Made by a program: the position numbers and the translations under genes
Notes under the pieces: model-generated
The model's input: only the letters and a program-made list of their open reading frames with translations
Told to the model about the DNA's origin: nothing
Database searches by the model: none
In this document: one piece after another, positions 21,601 through 34,429 of the stretch
Position numbering within the stretch: position 1 is the stretch's first letter
Layout of the letters: the number at the start of each line of letters is the position of its first letter
From: Ylistrum balloti
Lineage: Eukaryota
NCBI RefSeq assembly: GCF_031769215.1
Contig: NW_026782196.1
Span: 682,001-746,000, forward strand
Direction of reading: 5' to 3'
DNA length: 64,000 bases

Positions 21601-24600
21601 AAGGTTCCTGTGTATGACCAAGCGTTTTGGGACCCTCCGCAAGTATGTATGGGTACAGTCTTACTGGACCAATATTCTTTTACCTCCTCCGTTCATAGAA
21701 ATCTTCTGCTAGTGATACTTCACCAGTTAGTCCCTCGCTTTGTCTAGAAGTGTAGAATACTGAAATCAGGTCTTGTGACCTACCATACACAGATTTATAA
21801 TCTCTTGTCCTTTGTTATTTCAAAATTTTTCCAAGATTTTCCATATACTTCTCACAATACACACCTGTACTTTTACAATAACAGACTAACACAAATTCTC
21901 TGCTAAAACAATACTCATTTTTATTGTTACAATTACAGCCTTACACTTTCAAGAATCCTCATCCCATGAGGCCTGACAGCTTACGGATATATGAATGCCA
22001 TGTAGGGATATCTTCATGGGAAGGCAAGATATCAACATATAAAGAATTCTCTCGAGACGTTATACCACGTATTAAGAATTTAGGCAAGTACAGCTCTTCA
22101 GATGTTATAAATAGTTATGATACAAACCCAGACAGTGGTATGTCGGCACAAAAGTATTATATTTTTTATTATATTGTAAATGTTTCCATGTTCTATGATG
22201 CTGTGATACATATAAAAATGTTATCATTTTTTACAGGTTATAATGCTATCCAGCTGATGGCTGTGATGGAACATGCTTATTATGCTAGTTTTGGATATCA
22301 AGTCACAAGTTTTTTCGCTGCATCCAGGTATGATATCATTTCCTTCTTAGACTAGTTAGGTTTGTTTCTATGGTTTGTCACCCCTTTGGGACCTCTAAGT
22401 AGTTGTTGGTGGCTTTGTCACGAAACACCAATGGGAGGCCCACCATATTCCACCCAGAGCAATAGGGGTCAAATGTTTTGGCCAAGGACACAACCATGAT
22501 AGTATAGATCTGTTTGATTCTTAGCCTCCTGAATAACAAACCGTCACATGTAGGGGGTACCAAACTACACACCTTGGAACTTCACCTGAGGTTGTTAATA
22601 TTCAACGGAATGAGATATTGCATCATTGTAAGCATTGTGATTTTATTCAGCACTGGATCCTCATTGTAAATTTATTCAACACTAGTCCCTCATTGTGATT
22701 TTATTCAGCACTTGTCCCTCATTGTGATATTATTCAGCGTTGGTCCCTCATTGTGATTTTATTCAGCACTTGTCCCTCATTGTGATATTATTCAGCATTG
22801 GTCCCTCATTGTGATTTTATTTAGCACTTGTCCCTCATTGTGATATTATTCAGCACTGGTCCCTCATTGTGATTTTATTTAGCATTGATCCCTCATTGTG
22901 ATATTATTCAGCATTGGTCCCTCATTGTGATTTTATTTAGCACTTGTCCCTCATTGTGATATTATTCAGCACTGGTCCCTCATTGTGATATTATTCAGCA
23001 TAGGTCCCTCATTTTGATTTTATTCAGCATTGGTCCCTCATTGTAAATTTATTCAACACTAGTCTCTCATTGTGATATTATTCAGCACTGGTCCCTCATT
23101 GTGATATTATTCAGCACTGGTCCCTTGTGATTTTATTCAGCACTAGTCCCTTGTGATTTTATTTAATGGTTCTCCTAAAGTACATGTGGTATGAACTCTG
23201 TAAACCTCACATTGATTGTATCTTTCCAATGAGTGCACAGTCAGCAAATTACTGGACAAGTTGAGACTGAACTGATTAAAGAATTAAAAAGGACGATTCT
23301 GCTACATAGACAATAACATCAAAAGGATGGTTATGGTGTTGCTGAAAATTCGACATCATATTGATGAATCTGTGATGCCGTAATGTAGATTCAACATGCC
23401 TTAAATTTTCATGACCAAAGCTGCTGTGTTTGACTTAGAACCTTGTGTTCTAACAAAATTTTCCATTACCCCCTGTTTGATGTTTCTCCATGGGATGAGA
23501 TTTATTGATTTAAGATAGGTTTATAACAGCTTTTGTACGTTTTATTAACATTTTGTTTGAAATTCTGTTAAAATTCAAGGATAACATATCAATGTCATGG
23601 ATTTTTTTTCTCATACGTTTTATTGACAAAGACAAAGACATATAAAGCCATACAAACATGGATGTCCTGTCATCCCATACACATCATCACATATCACTAT
23701 CATTGATAAATATCTTTTTATACAAAATGAACTTTCTGTATCAGTATAGTCTAAACTGTAAAAAGGTAGACCTCTTGAAACTTACCATCTTTAATAATTT
23801 CTCTTATACTTGGTTCTCTCTAGTCGGTTTGGTACACCTGATGAACTGAAGGAGTTGATTGACACAGCTCATGGAGCTGGATTGGTGGTACTGTTAGATG
23901 TTGTACACAGTCATGCCTCCAAGAATGTCGTAGATGGTCTGAACCAGTTTGATGGCACGACCTCCTGCTACTTTCATGATGGACCAAGAGGAACACATGA
24001 GCTGTGGGACTCTCGTCTGTTTAATTACACTGGGTAAAGTACTGTTCCTACTACAGTATGTATCCTGCAATAAGCCCAGCCTCACAAAAAGCTACTCCAC
24101 TGCCATGTAACAAGCCTGTTTTTGTCTTTTAGTGACAGGTCATGTGTCAGCCCTGGGCTGATAGTCAGATAACCACATTAAGCTTAATATCTTGGTAAAA
24201 GTGATGTCAACAATTTCATTTTAAATGCATTTTCTGTTGCGAAAATTTTAATATGCCAAAAAATGTTTTGAGAACACGCAAAGGACACGTTTATTTTTTG
24301 TTTTATGTGTGAATTTATTATGAGCCAATTTCAGCATTTGATAAATATAAATGGTTCAGTCTATGTAGCATTGAAAGAAAATGGAAATTTAGGGGGTCAG
24401 TTCCATTTTTGTGTGAACAGTGACCTTTTAACCCCCGATATGCAATAGTTTATTCTGTGGCTTTAATAAGGTGTTTTAGCAAGCATGCCGACATATCATC
24501 CTGATTCCTCAATGGCTTATGGTTTGATTTACAGGTGGGAGGTGTTGAGGTTCTTGTTGTCCAATCTTCGCTGGTGGATACAGGAATATCAGTTTGATGG

Positions 24601-27600
24601 ATATCGCTTTGATGGCGTCACATCAATGTTGTATCACTCCCATGGAATGGGTAAAAATTTCCAGCTTATTTACATAGAGTAACATCCTAACTTATCACAC
24701 CTAACACAGGTTTTCTTTCTTTTTTTTTGTAAGTTTTGACTTAAAGTCTTGTGATTGTTCTGTCTAGATAAAATGAAGTGTAGTTCAAAAAGTGTGAAAA
24801 ACTTTTAATTTACCAGTTTTGTTGGTTTACTGTGGAATATCTACCTGTGAATCGGTGTAAAAGTATTTTCTAAAGAAAATTTAGCTACTGCTATTAAATC
24901 TGTTTACATTTGTGTTTTAAACTTGTTGAATTAAAGATCAAAATCTGTAAATAACAGCATTGAAATATTTTTTCTTTAGGCCATGGATTTAGTGGAGATT
25001 ATAACGAATATTTTGGGCTAAACACTGACACAGATTCACTGGTGTATTTGATGCTTGGCAACCACATGTTACATTCTCTGTACCCTGACTTCATTATTAC
25101 TGTCGCGGAGGTAAGTTGAAAAATTAAAAAAAAAAAAAAAAAAAAAAAATTGGTATTTCTGAGGCATCACATATGAATGAATGTTAAATTTGGTAGGTTG
25201 TTCTTTCTTCCTTAAAATGATTTCTTTCTACCAAAAGGTTTTGGTATGTTTGGTAGCTCAACTGATCTTCTTAAATCCCAAATGCCCAGGGTCATGATAT
25301 TTGGTCAGTATGTAGCATTCTGGCATAGATTGCATAGATTGGTTTCAAGTTTATGCAAATGAATGTCCTTGACCTATTTTTAAGGTTACTGGGGTCAAGT
25401 GCATTTAAATATTTTAAAGACTCCTTGTTTGCTGTTGGAGGTCATACTTCGAAGTAATTGTTTCTCTCATGTTAAAGGATGTGTCTGGAATGCCGGGACT
25501 CTGTCGACCAGTGCAGGAAGGTGGGGGAGGTTTTGACTACAGGCTAGCTATGGCTGTACCTGATTTATGGATCAAGGTAAAATGTTGGGATTTGAAATTA
25601 AAATAGGTAACCAGTAGGTTTTTCTGTCAGATGCTTGATTTTGATTTTATGATTAACCCCCAACTTTCATTGTCAGTTCTGACAGTCTTGACACACATCA
25701 TCATGGTCAACGTGTGGAAAGTTGCTTACCTGGAAATCAGTTTTTATGAATATGCCTTGTGAAAACAAGCCTATTTTCTGATCAGCAGCACATGGTTTGA
25801 CCAAGGGTCTATACTGGGTGGCTAAATTTACTCTTAGGGAAAATTTGAAGAAAAAAAAAATAAAAGAAAAATCATTAGTTATCGTTTCACTTTAAATACT
25901 TTGTCCTTATATTTGATGATGCTTGATTAATACTGTTAAAGAAACAAGATACAAACAAATGTATACTAAAGACTTGTACTCTCTATCCTTATTGTAGTTT
26001 TTGAAGCACAAAAGTGACGATGAGTGGGACATTGGCCAAATGTGTCATAACCTTACAAATCGTCGCTACGGGGAGAAGTGTATTGCATATGCTGAGAGTC
26101 ATGACCAGGCATTAGTCGGTGATAAGACTGTTGCATTCTGGCTGATGGACAAGGAAATGTATACCAATATGTCTAACCTGTCACCACCAAGTCTCGTGAT
26201 TGACAGGGGAATTGCACTTCATAAAATGATTCGTCTTCTGACATGTGGCCTGGGAGGAGAGAGCTATCTTAACTTTATAGGTGAGAGTTCGCAGAGGGTG
26301 ATGTCAAATTTCATAAACATAAATGGGTATTTATTGTAGGTGAGGAACAAATAATAGGGAGCTTCATTCTTTAAGGGAATAGTTTGTGGAGCAGGACTCC
26401 AGAACTACATACCAAGAGTTCGGTGAATTATTATAGCAGGGACGATGTTGAAAGAGGAAGTAACGTAGACTTTCAGTGTGATCTTTTTGACCTTCATAGC
26501 CATATTTAAAAAAGGAAAGAAAATTGATATTGAACATTGACATATCAAGGATAATGAAAATCATCTGCATTACATAAGACTCCGAACCATACAATGTAAG
26601 ACATGTGACAGATACAAAAGCTTTTTCAATCAGGTAATGAGTTTGGACACCCAGAATGGTTGGACTTCCCTCGAGTGGGTAACAATGAGAGTTTTCACTA
26701 TTGTCGGCGACAGTGGCAGCTGGTGGATGACAAGAACCTCAAATACCAGTACCTCAACAACTTTGATCGTGCCATGATGCAAGTAGAGGAGACCTATAAG
26801 TGGCTGAGTAACTCACAGGTATCTATATAAATGTGGTTGAGTAACACAAAGGTATCTTTTGTATTCATTAATTAATGTAGTAATATGAACATAATTCTGA
26901 CTTGTTGAAATATCTATATATAGGGTGTCATTACTTGTTAGATATTTCATTGTTAATGGCTAGAAAAACATGTGTTGTATTGTCTCACTTTTCATTCTTC
27001 CACAGAACTATGTAAGCAGAAAACATGAGGGAGATAAAGTGATCGTGTTTGACAGAGCAGATCGTCTTGTGTTTGTGTTTAACTTCCATCCCACCAAAAG
27101 TTACACAGATTATAAAATTGGTGTGCAGAACCATGGAAAGTATCCTTTTTTTCAAAAGTGGGCATGCAACTGAAGATTATAAGAATCAAATATCACATTT
27201 TGATGGTAAAATTGAAGGTGGATGCCTAACTTAGAAAACTTTTCCCAAAGGTTAATCTAGTTTAGTTTATTGTTACTTTACATTCTATTGATAAGCAGGG
27301 TCATTTAAGGGTGTGTAAGGTTTGGATGGTGGAGGAAAGCCAGATTTCCGAGAGAAAAACCACTGTCCTGCGGCCAATACCTGGTGATTGCCCCACATAA
27401 GCCTCAAACCCATGACCAAGAGGTGAAGGGTCAAAAAGGTTAAGACTTTGCTTTGTATATCGTTCAACAGTGATTGATTATTTTTTAAACTAAATGTAAT
27501 TGTGCCATCTTTCATAACAGTGTTAAGCATACATATGATCTCTATGAGACAGGCAAGTATTATACTATAGAATTATCAAAACTTACAGGCTAGGTGTCCC

Positions 27601-29954
27601 TGGTTTGAAGTTAATTCACTTAGAGGGGACAATATGGTGGACACATAGGAGTATTGGATCATTAATATTTATTTTTTTTAGTGATCAATTTTTAAAAAAG
27701 TGTCAACAAGTTGTAACCAGCGTTGTAAAGACTTCAGAAATCTTTTAAAATAATCTATAGTTAGCAACATCAGAAGATATGATTATAATACGTTTGAACA
27801 TTGTACTAAATAAAGTTAGTGACATCAAAAGCCATTTGCTCAATATGATAGTAGTACATCATTGTACTAAGTTTCTGCTCTAGCGAAATTGACAGCTTTG
27901 TAAAGTTTGGGTTTGACGACATTTCATACAAATAGCATGGATGTATCTTCAGATACTGTTGCTTAAAGTACTCAAAGAAATTAGTAACATCAAGATATAT
28001 ATTATTGATATGATCATAAAACATCTGTGTACATAGTTTCCCATGTTGATGTTGATTGTGTACATCATGATCCTTAAAGATCGAAATTGATGACATTATC
28101 GCACTGTTATAATGTGACTTTATTACAAATTATGATATGTTTAGAATAAAAAACATAGCAGACTGACTTTTCAGAAGTAAGAGATGAATCTTTCCCTTTA
28201 ATAGTAATGCACCTGTTAAAATGTCTTACTCTGTATCTCAGGGAGATACAGGAGAACTTCACATGGGATTTGATATTTGCAAATCAGTATGAAACACTGA
28301 AATATGTACGGCACAGAAATCATCTATACCTCTATATTTAGTAGATTGATAACGTATAAATAAATCAATAACAATATTTAGAGGTCAGAATGTCTACAAT
28401 CACACGCAGCATTGAAAATTACATCAAAAACATTCTCTAGGTAAAAGAGGAGATATTAAATTATTTTTAAATCTTTTTGCACATTCATGGAAATTGAGTA
28501 TCAAAGTAATACATTTGAAAACTTAAGGATCAGGAATCTCCTTACATTTTGTTTGACTGTAGATAGTTAGCTCTCCTTGACTACCCCAAGATACAAACTT
28601 GTGCTTGACTCGGATGCTGAGGAGTTTGGAGGACACAAGCGTTTAGACCACAGTGTTGAGTATAGGACCTCACAAGAACCCTGGGATGACAGACAATGTT
28701 CTATGATGGTGAGTTGATCAGGAGGCTTCACCTGTTAAAATGATCATCACATAGTATTACTTAAAAAACATCAGTCTGTTGACTTTCCTTGTACAATGTA
28801 TAGCCAGTGGAGCATGGAATATGATTGAAAATTAAAAAAAAGTATCAGTAGTATATTCATTCAGCAGAAAGTCTGTGACAACAAGTCTGCTCATCAGTAT
28901 TTATTGCTGTTCAGTGCTCCTTCATTGTCCAATAATTAACTCGCACCCTTACTTTGAGTCATACCCTGACTTTGAGTCATACCCTGACATTGCGTCATAC
29001 CCTGACTTTGAGTCATACCCTGACTTCAAGTCATACCCTGACTGTCATACCCTGACTTTGAGTCATACCCTGACGTTGAGTCATACCCTGACTTTGAGTC
29101 ATACCCTGACTTCGAGTCATACCCTGACTTTGTGTCATACCCTGACTTTGAGTCATACCCTGACTTCGAGTCATACCCTGACTTGGAGCTGACTTGGAGT
29201 CATACTCTGACTTGGAGCTGACTTGGAGTCATACCCTGACTTGGAGACATACCCTGACTTTGAGTCATACCCTGACTTCAAGTCATACCCTGACTGTCAT
29301 ACCCTGACTTTGAGTCATACCCCGAGTTCGAGTCATACCCTGACTTTGAGTCATACCCTGACTTTGAGTCATACCCTGACTTTGAGTCATACCCTGACTT
29401 CGAGTCATACTCTGACGTTGAGTCATACCCTGACTTTTGAGTCATACCCTGACTTCGAGTCTAATGGTTATGTGTTGGCCTATAGGCTTATTACAGAATA
29501 AATTCTGTAAATGTAAACATATTGTGAAATGTACATGTAGAATATAGATATTTGTTAAATTGAAAACTTCTGGTTTGTTTAGTGAAATTATGAATCGTTG
29601 ATTTTGGTGGGTATTTTATTTTCGTTTGTTTCATGGGTACTTGTAATCTACAAATTCATATGTCTATGAACAGTTAAAATTAGTACAAGCACATTTATTG
29701 GGGTTTATTTTCCATGAAATCAAATGTCCGTGAAAAAGTTATCTTTTAAAAACCATGAAAATTGATTACAAAGAAAATATCTTAATTTACAGTAACATGC
29801 TTTCAAGAAGTTGGTTCCATATAGCCAAAGATATGCTAGATACATTTACATACATTCAATGGATGGTTTTATTGGAAAATAAGATCTGACTGATTGTTTC
29901 TCACAGGTGTATTCTCCTAACAGGACAGCCATTGTACTGGCTAAGGTGGATTGA
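15636..29954 (+). CDS. GBE1: 1,4-alpha-glucan branching enzyme (glycogen branching enzyme), 15 coding exons, 687 aa
   Basis: Exons: 15636-15736, 19036-19205, 19550-19665, 21526-21642, 21939-22083, 22237-22327, 23824-24033, 24535-24650, 24980-25110, 25478-25576, 25998-26280, 26634-26818, 27006-27139, 28591-28708, 29907-29954. Total 2064 nt, in frame with consistent phases. GH13 motifs: [28 protein letters not shown] (nucleophile), VAEDVSG (acid/base), [21 protein letters not shown]. Confidence 0.97.
16420..18365. repeat. About 1.95-kb minisatellite in GBE1 intron 1; 36-bp unit made of two 18-bp subunits
   Basis: Unit tgtgacactgtttgtcct-tgtgacacagtttgtcag. Degenerate on the left, nearly homogeneous on the right. 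Confidence 0.97.
18635..18790. repeat. 39-bp tandem repeat x about 4 (GBE1 intron 1)
   Basis: Unit gtgtagtgacaggtgtctgatggtaacttggaagatagg. Confidence 0.9.
19980..20225 (-). mobile_element. tRNA-derived SINE, family A; further copies at about 36790-37000 (+), 40318-40500 (-) and 46650-46880 (-)
   Basis: Copies share a gggttttccc..ggtactccagtttcctcc-type core and a 3' tail ataagct...cttgttt...aaataaataaagttt. The 40318-40500 copy has a tRNA-like head with an A box (tggcgcagtgg) and a duplicated B box (gttcgattgcc). Confidence 0.75.
22640..23165. repeat. 29-bp minisatellite x about 18 (GBE1 intron 6)
   Basis: Unit gcactggtccctcattgtgat(a/t)ttattca. Confidence 0.95.
27140..28590 (+). other. 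U12-type (minor spliceosome) GT-AG intron of GBE1
   Basis: Donor GTATCCTTTT. Branch site TCCTTGAC at 28574-28581, with the branch A 10 nt from the AG. No polypyrimidine tract. The spliced frame gives [11 protein letters not shown]. Confidence 0.85.
27290..27450 (-). mobile_element. tRNA-derived SINE, family B; fuller copy at about 49570-49770 (-)
   Basis: Both copies share ggtggaggaaag...gaaaaaccac...gccagtacctgg..a.tgccccac.tag..ctcaaaccc.tgacc. The 49.7-kb copy has a tRNA-like head (tagccgagtggtttagacg). Confidence 0.7.
28950..29460. repeat. 18-bp minisatellite x about 28 (last GBE1 intron)
   Basis: Unit gagtcataccctgacttt. Confidence 0.95.
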
Positions 29955-32599
29955 CGCTGGCCCTGTCACTGTTTTAACTGATCATCAATTCATCTCCAAC
30001 AGAAACAATCTGATTCAGATATCTGTCCACAACAGATTTGGGTATCAGCTTACATACTAAGTATTCACCAATTCCTGCTATGTCATGTGTGTCAGCTTCT
30101 ATTTATGGTAACCCAAATATCTGCAAAGAAAAAAAGAAATTGAAAAAATGTTTAGCTTGGTTATAGTTGTATTATGTGTAATCAATGGTTAGAAAATGAG
30201 AATAACTGGATTTTGTGGCCATGTGTGGTGAGTGGAAAGAAAAGATATTATGACAACATTTATTCAGGTACCAATTAGCTCAGGTGAGATGAATAGAGGT
30301 CAGTGATCAGATGACCTATTAGCTCAGGTGAGGTGAATGGAGGTATATGATCAGATGACATATTGGCTCGAGTGAGGTAAGTAAGAGTCAATGATCTGAT
30401 GATTATGGGAGATAATAGTGATCAGATGAATGAGAGAGATTATAACAATCACATGATTTTCACAGATGATAATGTGGGGATGATAGTAAGGAAAGGTCAC
30501 GATCAGATGATGGTAGGAACTGATCAGATGATTGTTAGAGATGATGGTATAAAGTATCACATCTGTATGTCTTGCACAAGCAACATCCAGCTGTTTAAAT
30601 CATTGGTAATGAAGAAGCTGATTTTGTGATCACAACTTTTGTGATAATGAAGATGAAACTGCAATACTGGTGTAAAGATGCTTTTCTTGTAAAAGATGGC
30701 ATCTGTAGACTTACATTGATTATTCCTAGATAACAACAACAATGAGGTGAGAAACTGGGAAAGGTTCCTAATTCTCAGTTTCAAATAGTGTTGTCGACCT
30801 ACAGAAATGTATGATTTTGTAAAATGTGTAAGAGGTGCTTTGAATGTAGTTTTACTTACTGATGAAAATAACATTCAGTATTGTAATATATTTTGTAATC
30901 ACATGAATCTCTGTATCTAAATATAATGTTGATGTTTACATATATTCTATGGTTTTCAAGTTAGTTGTTAAGACATACATTTTATTAAATGTAGATTTTA
31001 TTATTGTCACTAAAATAATCACTAATTATATATAACCTGTACATTTGAAAAAAAAGGAGTCAGTTGACAAACATTACGGAGTGTTGGGTATTATATTCTC
31101 AGAGGTGTTATTTTTTAATTTTCTAATTTTGGGGGCGTGCCTATCGTCTTGGATATTTCTAAGTTCAATGATACCAGATAATTCTATCAGGTAATTAATT
31201 TGAATCAGTATTATGGTGTCACAAGATAAAAAATACATTGATTGTGTCTCTTAATATATGCTGACGAGAATGAGGCCTAACTGCCATTCTAGAAAACACA
31301 ATTTAGAAAACAGTTGGAAACTGATAGAGTAAATTAATATCATGAAAATAACAAAGGGCAGTAATTCTTAAAAATACTGTCAAATTAACAAACTGCCATT
31401 CAGAAAAACAAAATCACAGGTCATGATGATTAAGGCTATCAAGTTTGAAAGCACTGTGTTGAAAACTGTGGGAAGGATCTCCCGTTAAACAAAGTTAACA
31501 ATGGACAGGCAGACAACGCCATACCATAATATATCCCCTCACAGAAAGCCAATCAAGCCACAAAATTATTTCCTGTGTAAGCCATTGGTCTTCCCTGTCC
31601 ATAGGCATGTTTACCTGCCAGTATTGATTATGACAATGATAAGTCAGCACAACAGGTCATTATACATATGTATTTTGGCTGGAGTAAGTGAGAGGGCGGA
31701 TGATATCTTTTACTGGAATAAACTTTCGTGGTGCTTGTAAGTGACATGTGTTTGTTTTTTTATCTAAAAAGTTGACCACAATAACTATATCACTTCCAAG
31801 ACTTTTTTTAAAAGTTCAATCAAATTTTCTCCAAGTATAAGAAATTTTTTCCTCCATGATTACATATATTCTCGTTTACTGAACACTTAATGCATGAATC
31901 TAAAGTTACTATTTTTGAAGAATATTCAGGATACTTCTGATGTCTTAGTTATGATATCAGTAAACAATATACCATAGATGAAAGCTATTCCTTTATGTCA
32001 ATTTGGTACAAACTTGTCAATAAACACTTTTCTTGAGCTTGGAATATTGAACTTTCACAATTACCTCTATAGAAATTCCAAAATTAATTGTTAAGTATGA
32101 AGAGCAGCAAGAATACAGAGCAGAATTTGTTGAAAATTTTTGGTGCTTTTTGCACCGAAAATATTCCACTAAAATATGATTGTGCTTAAAGCAGTGTCTA
32201 TTTAATGTATATAACAATTAATGTGGATGTGTCAATTTATCATTGTATTTATTTTCCAAGAAAGTAATATTGCACTAAAATTTGACTTAGACAAATTAAG
32301 TATATTTACAGTACAGATTTTAAGCACCAGCATCCATGGCAGTTGTTGTTTATATAATGTTAAAAGCTTGAATTCTTCACAATTTAATATTACAAATAAT
32401 TAGTTTTGGAAAATGAATTTTGTTTGAAACTTCAAAATAAAATTGTATTGTGTTAATCAAAGATGGCTGCCTCTCGTACATCTTGTTCTTCCACTATAAT
32501 TATATACATATGTAGACATTAACAAATGAATGCTGATAGGAATCTTCATAAGAAATTTTTAAGAAAAGTTGGGCCATCACTTCTTCAGAGCTAACAATA

Positions 32600-33290
32600 A
32601 CAGTAAATCTCAGAGGGATCTTTGTGCCCACCATTGTTTGATCTTTATAAGCTCTTTGAGAGTTAGATTTTTTCCCTTCTTTTCTTTTCTCTTCTCTGTT
32701 TTTGCTCTTAATGGTAAGACTTTCAAACAGTCCTTTGCAGTAGTAGCGATGATAATCCTTATCTGCAAAATCAAAATTGGCCTTCTGGAAGTCATTCAGT
32801 TTCTTCGATCAGTCCCAAAATCAAATGAGCACAAGGAGAACCAAAGGGAACATACGTATGAAATTTGAGAGATACCCATTCAATACTTCTAAAGAAATAG
32901 CAATAACAATCTTTACTAGGCAAACTCCAAGATGGCTGCCTTTGGCCATTTTATTCTTTTGATCAGACCTTAAATCAAATGGGCACAATTTGGGACCAAG
33001 GGGAAACTACATATGAAATTTGAGAAAAACCCATCTCCTACTTTTCAAGAAATTGCGATAACAATCTTCATTGAAAAAATCCAAGAGGGCCGCCAGTCAG
33101 CCAGTTTTTTTTTATCAGACCCAAAATCAAATGGGCACAACTAGTGATCAACGGGAACCTGCATATGCAATTTGAGAAAGGTCTATCCAGTATTTCTCAA
33201 GAAAAAATAATAACAAAAATTTTTTACAAATGGACGGCCCACGGATGCAGAGTGATTTGAAAAGCTGACCATCTGATGATGGTGGGCTAA
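32600..33290 (-). mobile_element. Non-autonomous Helentron-like (HINE/CvA-type) element; same family at 44100-44755 (+), 46320-46940 (+, SINE nested inside) and 57225-57420 (3' part)
   Basis: 5' hairpin ttagcccaccatc-tgat-gatg(g/t)tgggct, about three internal tandem units of about 150 bp, and a 3' palindrome of the type aaatccc-tgt-gggattt followed by a T-rich end. The copies at 32.6-33.3 kb and 44.1-44.75 kb are inverted relative to each other. Confidence 0.7.
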
Positions 33291-33479
33291 TGAACATGAC
33301 TGTCCATCAAAACTCTTCCAAACCAGTTTGATGTTTGCTGTCCACCACCTCTAAAATCATCTAGCAAAACTTAAGTATTACCTACAAACTTTAGAAAATA
33401 AGTTGCTGTCAGAATTTTCTATGGCATTCATTATATTTGTAGACTTAAATCTCCCTTGCTGGAGTGGGGTGAATAACAA

Positions 33480-34070
33480 GCTACTGTCAGATTTTTTCTG
33501 AGACACAACACCTGTAGACTTGTTCTCCCTTACTTAACTTGGGGTATAAGGTACTGTTGGCCAAGTATAATAAGTATAATAAGGTGTGTCTCTGAGACAC
33601 TTATGACACCTATAGACTTAACACCCCCCCCCCCCTTACCAAAGTAGGGGTATAATAAGCTATCATCAGACTTTTTTCTCCAAACACCTGTAACACCTGT
33701 AGACTTAAACCAACCAACCTCCCACCCTCGCATAATTAGGGGTATAATAAGCTATTGTCAGACCTAGAGACTTAAACCCCCCTTACCTAAGTAGGGTATA
33801 ACAAGCTCTTGTCAAGACTTTTTTCTCCAAACGCTTAAAACACCTGTAGACTTAACCCCCCCCAACCCTCACATAAGTAGGGGTATAATAAGCTTTTGTC
33901 ACACCTAGAGACTTAAACCCCCTTACCTAAGTAGGGTATAAGAAGTTGTTGTCACACTTTTTTCTCCGAGACACTTATAACACCTGTAGACTTAAACACC
34001 CTCACATAAGTATGGGTGTAATAAGCTATTGTCACACTTTCTTCTCCCAGACACTTGCCTGTAGATTCTA
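33480..34070. repeat. Degenerate composite tandem repeat with C-runs
   Basis: Recurring aagtagggtataacaagctattgtcagacttttttctcc...cacctgtagacttaaacccccc. Confidence 0.85.
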
Positions 34071-34429
34071 ATGTGAAAGTCTCACAAAAGTTGCATGTAT
34101 TAGCTTATATACAAATGGATATGGAATTGGAGAAAGATAGATTCACAAGAATTTTTTAAGGATATGATGACTGATGGAGAAATTTCTGCAAAGAATGTTT
34201 ATTTGAGCAGCACATGCACAAAATCTGTTCACGGTGGACTAAATATTTAAATGAACAGTAATTAAACAATGGGAATATTTTGTCCTTTTATTGATTATCA
34301 TCATATACAAAAATTGTCAACATATTCCGATAAACATGTTTATAAATCTGTGACATAGTTTAACATACCTTTACAAAAATGATTAACGTTCACTGTGTCA
34401 AAGGACAACATACGTCCACTATAAAAACT

